Assembly (NCBI GenBank): GCA_017651265.1 | Contig: JAGCDO010000001.1 | Coordinates: 4,442 to 68,441 of the forward strand | From: Prevotella sp. | GTDB lineage: Bacteria > Bacteroidota > Bacteroidia > Bacteroidales > Bacteroidaceae | Direction of reading: 5' to 3' | DNA: 64,000 bases | In this document: positions 1 through 6,510 of the stretch, piece after piece | Layout: every line of letters begins with the position of its first letter | How positions within the stretch are numbered: the stretch's first letter is position 1 | Made by a program: the position numbers and the translations under genes | The notes under the pieces: generated by a model | What the model saw: the letters and a program-made list of their open reading frames with translations, nothing else | Database searches by the model: none | What the model was told of the DNA's origin: nothing

Positions 1-1013
1 AGGATTACAGTAAGAAACACAGGATCTACGATAAACCCATCACCAAGAACTGGTTCTTCCGACTGGTGTACGAGGTGCTGCTGCCTGTGATGGCACTGCT
101 CTCCATCCCCCTGAGCATCTATATGGCTGCCGATGTGTTCAACCTGAGTACCCTCACCTGGCAGTACTTCACGATGCCGTTCGTCAATGCGAAGAATTTC
201 CGTGTGAGTCTGTTCAGTCTCATCCAGGTGGCCGAGCTGTATTTCTTGTTCAAATACGTAAACTCCGTATGTCTGGAACTGCTACACCTGCATTTCAAGG
301 GGAAGAACTACCGTACGAATGCCAGTTCACGCGAGGTAATGGGAAAGAACGTCATGCAGGTACTGGTATGGGGTGCTTGGCTGCTCATCAGCTTGTCGGT
401 CTTCCATATCGGTGGTAAATGGCTGGCATATATCGCTACCGGTCTCTCCACTGGTGTCGGTTTCGCTTCGAAGGATATCCTCGAGAACCTTTACTATGGC
501 ATCAACCTCATGGCAGGACGAGTAAAGGTAGGCGACTGGATTGAGTGTGACGGCATCAAGGGAAAGGTGGCAAGCATCAGCTATACCAGTACGATGCTGG
601 AGGCTATCGACGGATCCATCATCGCCTTCACGAACTCGCAACTGTTCACGAAGAACTATAAGAACCTTACGAAGAACCACGGTTATGTGCTGTCACTGAT
701 TCCTTTCGGCGTGGCCTATGGCTCCAATATGAAGGACGTGACCACAATCATTGAGGAGGCAGTGAACGGCTTGAATCATCCATATCTGGACCCATCCAAG
801 CAGGTAAAAGTGGTGTTCACGGAGTTTGGCGACAGCAGCATCAACTTCCAGCTACTCTGCTGGGTGGATGCGGTAAAACAAATCTATGTGGTATCAGATG
901 TGATGCAGTGCATCTACAATACGCTCGATGCCCATAACATCTCCATCCCGTTCCCGCAGTGCGATGTGCATGTGAAAGAAGCTTTGCAGGCATCAACTAG
1001 CACTGCTAGTTAA
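1..1013 (+). CDS. Mechanosensitive ion channel family protein (MscS-like), 5'-truncated by the window edge
   Basis: The frame is open from base 3 to the TAA at 1011-1013; the listed GTG at 66 is internal. It shows the MscS pore/beta-domain pattern GVGFASKDILENLYYGINLMAGRVKVGDWIE..GIKGKV..SYTSTMLEAIDGS. The last codons (QASTSTAS) are encoded by the ACTAG repeat array. Confidence 0.85.
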   Translation, partial: DYSKKHRIYDKPITKNWFFRLVYEVLLPVMALLSIPLSIYMAADVFNLSTLTWQYFTMPFVNAKNFRVSLFSLIQVAELYFLFKYVNSVCLELLHLHFKGKNYRTNASSREVMGKNVMQVLVWGAWLLISLSVFHIGGKWLAYIATGLSTGVGFASKDILENLYYGINLMAGRVKVGDWIECDGIKGKVASISYTSTMLEAIDGSIIAFTNSQLFTKNYKNLTKNHGYVLSLIPFGVAYGSNMKDVTTIIEEAVNGLNHPYLDPSKQVKVVFTEFGDSSINFQLLCWVDAVKQIYVVSDVMQCIYNTLDAHNISIPFPQCDVHVKEALQASTSTAS

Positions 1014-1064
1014 TCTAGTAACCCTAGTAATACTAGTTACACTAGCACCACTAGCGCTACTAGC
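995..1064. repeat. Tandem 9-bp-period ACTAGY word array, left flank of the four-helix-bundle gene
   Basis: Read directly: ACTAGCact GCTAGTtaa TCTAGTaac CCTAGTaat ACTAGTtac ACTAGCacc ACTAGCgct ACTAGCaat. Bases 1050-1065 match 1882-1897 at 15/16 (ACTAGYGCTACTAGCA). Confidence 0.8.
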
Positions 1065-1075
1065 AATACAGCCCT

Positions 1076-1822
1076 CTACCCCCTACCCCTCGCCTGCGCC
1101 AGCAGCACCTCCAAATGACGTTTCTCGTTTAGAAGTTGCTCTATCTGCTGCTCTAAAATCGGCACCTGCTGACGCAGGTGCTTATTTTCTTCATGTAAAC
1201 GCGTGGTTTCGTTTTGCAGGCGCTTGTTTTCCTCACGCAGGCGCTTCAGTTCTTCTTCCTGGCCTTTGCGGTAACCTGTACGAGCGGCATACATCCGTTC
1301 CTTGATACCACCCTGGGTAACAAACTGCTTATCAAGGGCAGTCAAGTAGGTTTTCATCATCTTGTCTGTCATATGGAGCAAGGTGAGGGCGATATTGCAC
1401 AATTCCTCATCGTTCCATTTGGTAAAGAACGGTTCGTAATCGGCAACAAGGTTATGGTTTCGGCAGAACTGCAGCATTTCATCATAGCGTGGGTGTTGTG
1501 TGTTCCATACATTGAGATGTCGGGTTTGCAAGTAGTCTTCGTAGTCGGCCCTAAGTTCTTTCAGTGAAGAACGGGCCACATTAAGTAGCTTCAGTTGCAA
1601 CTCTGTAGATGTGATACCATCGGCCAAACCCTCCACGATGTTTTGTTTTCCTGAACGTGCCGCCTGCAGCATCTGGTCTACGGTGCGGTCGCCCTTAGCG
1701 GGCAGGAAACGTTTAACGAAGTGGAATGTAAGGGCATATGCCACCTCTGTTTTCTGGTAGAAATAAAGGTTTCGAACCGGCACTTCGTTTTGAAGCACGC
1801 GTGGCAGTTCGTTGTTTTTCAT
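1076..1822 (-). CDS. Four-helix-bundle protein (23S rRNA intervening-sequence protein / Avd-like family) with a C-terminal coiled-coil suffix
   Basis: A 248-aa ORF. The N-terminal ~120 aa resemble the four-helix-bundle family (AYALTFHFVKRF..DQMLQAARSGKQNIVEG..ARSSLKELRADYEDYL). The tail is heptad-rich (EEELKRLREENKRLQNETTRLHEENKHLRQQ). The family was assigned from memory, not searched. Confidence 0.7.
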   Translation of the reverse strand: MKNNELPRVLQNEVPVRNLYFYQKTEVAYALTFHFVKRFLPAKGDRTVDQMLQAARSGKQNIVEGLADGITSTELQLKLLNVARSSLKELRADYEDYLQTRHLNVWNTQHPRYDEMLQFCRNHNLVADYEPFFTKWNDEELCNIALTLLHMTDKMMKTYLTALDKQFVTQGGIKERMYAARTGYRKGQEEELKRLREENKRLQNETTRLHEENKHLRQQVPILEQQIEQLLNEKRHLEVLLAQARGRG

Positions 1823-1853
1823 AATAATGTATTAATTTAATAAAGAATTATAG

Positions 1854-1913
1854 AACTAGTTATACTAGTTAAACTAGTTGTACTAGTGCTACTAGCACTA
1901 CTAGTTTTCTAGT
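1854..1913. repeat. Tandem 9-bp-period ACTAGY word array, right flank of the four-helix-bundle gene
   Basis: Read directly: aACTAGTtat ACTAGTtaa ACTAGTtgt ACTAGTgct ACTAGCact ACTAGTttt CTAGT. The ACTAGT core is self-complementary, so the two arrays are both direct and imperfect inverted repeats. Confidence 0.8.
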
Positions 1914-1923
1914 TTGTTATTCA

Positions 1924-3828
1924 TCAATCCAAGCTCTCGTAAACCGAGTGGTTGCTCTTGAACTCGGGAACGATGCTCTTCATCTCCTTCACCGTGTTCA
2001 TCACATCATAGTCATAGCTGTGAGCGATGAGCTGGTCGATGCTTTGCGACACCTGGTCAAAGTCATATTCGCGCACGCTGGCAATCTTGATCTTCTTGTT
2101 GAAGGTAGGTTTGGTAATCTCTTCGTTATTCAGCACCTCCTCGTAGAGCTTCTCGCCATCGCGCAGACCCGTATATTCAATCTGCACGTTCATGGCACCA
2201 CTCAGACGGATCATGCGCTTAGCTAAGTCGGCAATCTTCACCGGCTTACCCATATCGAAGACGAAGATCTCTCCACCCTTACCCATCGTACCGGCCTCCA
2301 GCACCAGCTTACAGGCCTCGGGGATGAGCATGAAATAGCGGAAGATATTCGGATGTGTCACAGTGACAGGACCGCCCTTACGGATCTGCTCACGGAACAA
2401 TGGAATCACCGAGCCATTAGAGCCCAGCACGTTTCCAAAACGCGTGGTTACGAACTGCGTATCACCCTTGATCTTTCCGTCCTTGATAGCCTTGTCGAGA
2501 CTCTGCACGTAGATCTCGCAGATACGCTTCGAGCAACCCATCACATTGGTGGGGTTCACCGCCTTGTCGGTAGAGATCATCACAAACTTCTCCACTCCAT
2601 ATTTCACGGCCAGGTCGGCAATGATTCTTGTACCATCAATATTGTTCTGCACAGCCTCACAGGGGTTATCCTCCATCATCGGCACATGCTTGTAGGCAGC
2701 AGCGTGGAATACATAGTGCGGACGGAACATCTTGAAGATTGCCTCCATCCTGGTCTTGTTACAGATTGTGGTAACGATGGTCTCCACCTTCACATGCGGG
2801 AATTCCTTCGCCATCATCAGTCGGATATCATGCTGCGGTGTCTCTGCCTGGTCAATCAGCACCATCTTGGCCGGGTCGAACTTCGCAATCTGGCGCACCA
2901 TCTCACTACCGATACTACCTGCAGAACCAGTTACCAATACGCGCTTTCCTTTCATCTGACTCTCCACGGAATGCAGATCCACCTTGATCTCATCGCGCGG
3001 CAACAGGTCCTCGATCTCCACTTCACGGAGCTGCGTCGTATTGATATCACTCTTTCCGTCCCATTGTACGGCCGGGTTCATGGTATAGATCTTCACACCC
3101 GCATCGATCAACCGGTCGATCATGGCCGGGTTGTTACTGAATGCCTCCTGCTTCAGCGGAGACACAAGGAGCGTACGCACGCCATTCTTCCGCATCACAT
3201 AAGGCAGCTTGGCATCGTTCTTGAACACGTTCACGCCCATGAGCATCTTTCCGATCATATCGGGAGCGTCGCTCACGAAACCAGACAGTTTGAAGCGTTG
3301 CGGTTTGTCGTTAATCACCGAACGGGCAATACCCATACCACCATTCTTCACACCATAGATATATACCGGTTTCACGATGGTCTCCCTGCCGGCGTAATCG
3401 TATATCCACTTCACACCAAGGCGAAGTGCGCTCATAATAATGGTTGATAGTATGAAGGTGAATACCAGGTTTTTAAGTCGGATTGGCTCAAGGAAAAAGT
3501 CAGCTTCGCACAAATGGAAGATCATGATCAGTATGATACCGATCAGGTTCGCAATGAGCACGCGGTGAAGGTCGGCAAACGAGGTATAACGCATCACCCC
3601 CATATACGTCTTCATGATACGGAAACCGACCATAAAGAAAAGCAGATAGAAACAAAGCGTACCTACTAAAGAACCGAAGTGTTTAGAAGTATAGACGGCA
3701 CCGTGATCCAATGTGTAACACACCAGTCCTGACCCCAAGATGATCAGACAGTCAATTAGCAGGATTCCCCAATAAGGCAGTGCACGTTTGGTGAAATACC
3801 AGTTTGCTAGTTTATCTATCAATTTCAT
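1924..3828 (-). CDS. Membrane-anchored NDP-sugar 4,6-dehydratase/epimerase (CapD / WbpM / PglF family polysaccharide biosynthesis protein)
   Basis: 634 aa with about 4 N-terminal hydrophobic helices, the Rossmann motif VLVTGSAGSIGSE, and the HAAAYKHVPMME signature typical of the CapD family. Confidence 0.9.
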   Translation of the reverse strand: MKLIDKLANWYFTKRALPYWGILLIDCLIILGSGLVCYTLDHGAVYTSKHFGSLVGTLCFYLLFFMVGFRIMKTYMGVMRYTSFADLHRVLIANLIGIILIMIFHLCEADFFLEPIRLKNLVFTFILSTIIMSALRLGVKWIYDYAGRETIVKPVYIYGVKNGGMGIARSVINDKPQRFKLSGFVSDAPDMIGKMLMGVNVFKNDAKLPYVMRKNGVRTLLVSPLKQEAFSNNPAMIDRLIDAGVKIYTMNPAVQWDGKSDINTTQLREVEIEDLLPRDEIKVDLHSVESQMKGKRVLVTGSAGSIGSEMVRQIAKFDPAKMVLIDQAETPQHDIRLMMAKEFPHVKVETIVTTICNKTRMEAIFKMFRPHYVFHAAAYKHVPMMEDNPCEAVQNNIDGTRIIADLAVKYGVEKFVMISTDKAVNPTNVMGCSKRICEIYVQSLDKAIKDGKIKGDTQFVTTRFGNVLGSNGSVIPLFREQIRKGGPVTVTHPNIFRYFMLIPEACKLVLEAGTMGKGGEIFVFDMGKPVKIADLAKRMIRLSGAMNVQIEYTGLRDGEKLYEEVLNNEEITKPTFNKKIKIASVREYDFDQVSQSIDQLIAHSYDYDVMNTVKEMKSIVPEFKSNHSVYESLD

Positions 3829-3897
3829 ATATTCTTAGTATTCGAGTTTTGAATGCCTTCCCTGCTGCTCGTTGCACCGTTCATGGGGAAAAGCATG

Positions 3898-3929
3898 CAA
3901 AAGTAATAAAATTACCAATATGTTCCAAA
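3898..3929 (-). promoter_or_regulatory. Bacteroidota-type promoter (TTTG-N20-TACTTTTG) upstream of the CapD-like gene
   Basis: Plus strand reads CAAAAGTA at 3898-3905 and CAAA at 3926-3929, with a 20-nt spacer. It lies about 70 nt upstream of the ATG at 3828. Confidence 0.5.
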
Positions 3930-3931
3930 TA

Positions 3932-3970
3932 TTTCTTTGAAAAACAACGAAAAGTGTTTTTTCAAAGAAA
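3932..3970. terminator. A+T-rich hairpin with 13-bp perfect arms between the aminotransferase and CapD genes
   Basis: TTTCTTTGAAAAA (3932-3944) pairs with TTTTTCAAAGAAA (3958-3970). The stem is weak and there is no clear U-tract, so terminator function is uncertain. Confidence 0.25.
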
Positions 3971-4020
3971 TAATCTTCCTTTTTTTTTGCTGTAATCTCA
4001 CACTGAGAAATGATTATTCT

Positions 4021-4058
4021 CACGCAGAGACGCAGAGAGCGCAGAGTTCACGCAGAGA
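4021..4058. repeat. CGCAGAG word array (about 9-bp period)
   Basis: Read directly: cacgcagagacgcagagagcgcagagttcacgcagaga. The word is related to the CGCAGAAAT words that build the MITE arms. Confidence 0.6.
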
Positions 4059-4090
4059 ATTTATAATTTTCCCACTGATAATGAATTTTT

Positions 4091-4206
4091 GTCCCGCAGA
4101 AATGGCGGAAATAGCAGAAAGGGGCTACGCCCCATGCCATGCGGATAGTATACAGGTTATCCAACAAGATAAAAAATTTCTGCTATTTCCGCCATTTCTG
4201 CGGGAC
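4091..4206. mobile_element. MITE-like element (116 bp) with perfect 30-bp terminal inverted repeats
   Basis: GTCCCGCAGAAATGGCGGAAATAGCAGAAA at 4091-4120 is the exact reverse complement of 4177-4206. There is no coding capacity. Related copies lie at 40249-40523 and 43026-43171, and solo arms at about 36642-36671 and 5668-5692. Confidence 0.7.
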
Positions 4207-4267
4207 CTAAAAAACAAAATTATCTGTGGGAGGTACAAAAAAAATCGGGCGGTGAAGCCCGATTGAA

Positions 4268-5578
4268 CTATGAAATGATGTTTTCTTTGATCTTTGCGAC
4301 GATATAAGCGACATCCTCATCGGTGACATACGGTCCCGCCGGCAGGCACATACCCACCTTGAAGATGGATTCGCTCACCCCGTTGACATACGCCACGCAG
4401 TCGCGATAAACAGGTTGACAGTGCATAGGCTTCCATACCGGACGTGCTTCGATGCCCGCTTGGTCGAGCGCCACACGCATCGCCTCCACGTTGTCGTTCG
4501 GCTGACAGTCGGTTACTGCTGTACTGGCTGCATGTATCACACCAGCAGCACCGCCCACAGCACCAGTAACGATGGTCTTATACGCATTCTCTTGTCCCTT
4601 CACCTTCACATCCGGATCCAAAGTAATCGTGCACAACCAATAATTACTATCAAATAACTTTGAACCTTGAACGCAGCTCTGCTGCTCTTGAACGGCCGTC
4701 AGGCCTTTTAAACTTTCATTAGGCTGCCCGTGCACCTTGATTCCAGGAACATCTGCCAGCAACGCTTCATAGAGCGCCTGCACATGCTTATGATGGTCGA
4801 TATGATCATTCACGACAGTCATCTGTCCCCGACCGATACCGGCACAGATATTACTCATGCGGTAGTTATAACCGATGGTCTCATGCTGATAGTAAGGATA
4901 CGACTCACGAGCCTGTGTGGCCAGCCACATCACCTTTCTCCAGCTTTCCTCATCAGGACAGATCAGGGCGCCACCACCCGAGGTGGTAATCATCTTGTTA
5001 CCGTTGAAGCTCAGTACGCCGTATTGTCCGAAGGTTCCCAGTATCTGACCGTTATAGCGTGAGCCGAAGCCCTCTGCTGCATCTTCTACGACAGGAATCT
5101 CATACTTATTGGCAATCTCCATGATACGGTCTATCCGATAAGGCATACCATAGAGGGCAACGGGAACAATGGCTTTGGGTTTCTTACCCGTCTTGGCGAT
5201 ACGGTCTTGAATGGCTGTTTCCAACAAATCGGGATCCATGTTCCACGTATCAGGTTCAGAATCAATAAACACGGGTTTGGCGCCAAGATAGGTTATTGGG
5301 TGTGAAGAGGCGCAGAACGTGAAACTCTGCACAATCACTTCATCTCCAGGGCCAACACCTGCGGCCAACAATCCGAGATGAACGGCAGCCGTTCCAGAAC
5401 TGAGGGCAACCACCCTCTTATCTTCTCCCACGAATTCCTCAAGGTCTTTTTCAAAACCATTTACGTTAGGTCCGAGTGGCACCACCCAATTGGTATCGAA
5501 AGCCTCCTTGATGAAACGTTGTTCAGCACCGTCCTCACTCATGTGCGCCAAGCACAGGTAAATTCTTTTGTCAGCCAT
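4268..5578 (-). CDS. DegT/DnrJ/EryC1/StrS-family PLP-dependent NDP-sugar aminotransferase
   Basis: 436 aa. The motif LSFNGNKMITTSGGGAL carries the PLP lysine. It has the N-terminal IYLCLAHMS..FIKEAFDTNWV and the C-terminal ARPVWKPMH pattern of sugar aminotransferases. It carries an extra in-frame repeat-derived segment (see 4656-4717). Confidence 0.9.
   Translation of the reverse strand: MADKRIYLCLAHMSEDGAEQRFIKEAFDTNWVVPLGPNVNGFEKDLEEFVGEDKRVVALSSGTAAVHLGLLAAGVGPGDEVIVQSFTFCASSHPITYLGAKPVFIDSEPDTWNMDPDLLETAIQDRIAKTGKKPKAIVPVALYGMPYRIDRIMEIANKYEIPVVEDAAEGFGSRYNGQILGTFGQYGVLSFNGNKMITTSGGGALICPDEESWRKVMWLATQARESYPYYQHETIGYNYRMSNICAGIGRGQMTVVNDHIDHHKHVQALYEALLADVPGIKVHGQPNESLKGLTAVQEQQSCVQGSKLFDSNYWLCTITLDPDVKVKGQENAYKTIVTGAVGGAAGVIHAASTAVTDCQPNDNVEAMRVALDQAGIEARPVWKPMHCQPVYRDCVAYVNGVSESIFKVGMCLPAGPYVTDEDVAYIVAKIKENIIS
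4656..4717 (-). repeat. In-frame composite repeat insert inside the aminotransferase CDS (CAAAGTT-type words flanking a GC-rich core)
   Basis: The sense strand reads GAAAGTTTAAAAG-gcctgacggccgttcaagagcagcagagctgc-GTTCAAGGTTCAAAGTT and encodes ESLKGLTAVQEQQSCVQGSKL. The architecture matches the insert at 38110-38176. Confidence 0.6.
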
Positions 5579-5614
5579 ATATGAAATCTCTCTTTTCTTT
5601 CATGTTTATCGACG

Positions 5615-5646
5615 CAAAAGTACTGCTTTTCCTCGAAACATACAAG
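5615..5646 (-). promoter_or_regulatory. Weak promoter candidate proximal to the aminotransferase gene (-7 box only)
   Basis: CAAAAGTA at 5615-5622 gives TACTTTTG on the minus strand. The -33 position reads CAAG/GAAA rather than CAAA. Confidence 0.25.
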
Positions 5647-5764
5647 CATTTCCCCATTTTTTTCTTTCATTTCACGCAGAAATACAGAAATGCTATTAGT
5701 AATTGAACAAAATACCCAAACATCTAACCCAATGTGCTTGAAATGCCCTGCTGCAAAGAATTTG

Positions 5765-5827
5765 ATAAGGGTTAGATGATGGCTAAACATATCCCGTACA
5801 TATCCCGTAGATTTCCCGTAGATTTCC
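5765..5827. repeat. Left arm of a long inverted repeat (GGGTTAGATG block plus three 11-bp CCCGTAGATTT-type words)
   Basis: Bases 5799-5827 (CATATCCCGTAGATTTCCCGTAGATTTCC) match the reverse complement of 6288-6316 at 27/29. The flanking GGGTTAGATG pairs with CATCTAACCC at 6327-6336. Confidence 0.8.
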
Positions 5828-5840
5828 AACAATAACATTT

Positions 5841-5983
5841 CCTTGGTCCCTTGGCCATTTACATTAAAGATTGAACAATAAATCTTTGGTCCCTTGGTTC
5901 TTTGGTCTAAATAAATATTGGTCCCTTGGTTCTTTGGTCTAAAAAAAACTTTGTTCTTTTGTTCTTTGGTCTTACCTTGGTTC
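5841..5983. repeat. Array of TTGGTC/CTTTGGTC words (about 8-bp period)
   Basis: Read directly: ccttggtcccttggcc...ctttggtcccttggttctttggtctaaataaatattggtcccttggttctttggtct...ttgttcttttgttctttggtcttaccttggttc. A related block (cctttgaccgtcgtccttgttctttgatctaaataaaa) recurs at 6396-6440 in direct orientation. Confidence 0.7.
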
Positions 5984-6014
5984 AAAGGTACTAAATAATC
6001 CTGAGACGACCAAA
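5983..6014 (-). promoter_or_regulatory. Consensus Bacteroidota promoter (TTTG-N20-TACCTTTG) inside the IR-bounded segment, pointing toward the aminotransferase/CapD genes
   Basis: Plus strand reads CAAAGGTA at 5983-5990 and CAAA at 6011-6014, with an exact 20-nt spacer. Confidence 0.45.
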
Positions 6015-6078
6015 AATCACCCCCTCATAGGGCGCAAAAATCTGTTAACAAACCACTGCCTTTCTGTTAAAAAACACT

Positions 6079-6152
6079 GAACGCCGTAGACGCTCCCAGT
6101 GAACGCCGCAAACGCTATCAGCGTTTGACGTTCCCGCTATTGGCGTTTGAGG
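6079..6152. repeat. Nested palindrome (GAACGCCGCAAACGCT-atc-AGCGTTTGACGTTC) with duplicated half-sites
   Basis: L1 is gaacgccgtagacgct (6079-6094). L2 is gaacgccgcaaacgct (6101-6116). R2 is agcgtttgacgttc (6120-6133). R1 is ggcgtttgagg (6142-6152). Confidence 0.7.
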
Positions 6153-6281
6153 CACTTTTCACCAGAAACTGCCATAGTTTCCAACGCAAACTGCCATAGT
6201 TTTCTTCATTTCATTTTCTCGTAACATCGTAACATCGTTATTTCGTAATTACGGGATTACGTTAGAACGACGACTCTGACT

Positions 6282-6340
6282 CTTACGGGAGATCTACGGG
6301 AAATCTACGGGAGATGTTTGAGCAACATCTAACCCTCCTC
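6282..6340. repeat. Right arm of the long inverted repeat (three 11-bp CTACGGGAnAT words plus CATCTAACCC)
   Basis: cttacgggagatctacgggaaatctacgggagatg...catctaaccctcctc is the reverse-complement partner of 5765-5827. The arms are separated by 454 bp. Confidence 0.8.
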
Positions 6341-6450
6341 AAACCCTTTACACATCGATGTTTCGCGAATTTTACGGGAAATGTTAGGTAAAATACCTTC
6401 GTCCTTTGACCGTCGTCCTTGTTCTTTGATCTAAATAAAACATCGGTTCT

Positions 6451-6482
6451 TTTGCCTTATTCCTTTTTTTTCCGTAATTTTG
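6451..6482 (+). promoter_or_regulatory. Bacteroidota-type promoter (TTTG-N20-TAATTTTG) upstream of the GT2 gene
   Basis: TTTG at 6451-6454 and TAATTTTG at 6475-6482, with a 20-nt spacer, about 35 nt upstream of the ATG at 6517. Confidence 0.5.
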
Positions 6483-6510
6483 CAAGCGATTAGGAAGGCA
6501 ACGAAAAGAA

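Noticed and set aside
2353-3447. 364-aa plus-strand ORF opposite the CapD-like gene. Similar long antisense ORFs lie at 41028-41798, 38918-39538, 37566-38033, 49051-49968, 50012-51001, 53502-54500 and 55565-56407.
   Set aside because: Each lies entirely antisense to a CDS with unmistakable family motifs. Their translations are low-complexity (His/Leu/Val/Arg-rich) with no recognisable domains. They are shadow ORFs produced by codon bias on the coding strand.
5539-5985. 148-aa minus-strand ORF in the spacer upstream of the aminotransferase.
   Set aside because: It is composed of translated word repeats (TTGGTC and CCCGTAGATTT arrays), overlaps the aminotransferase start, and shows no domain signal.
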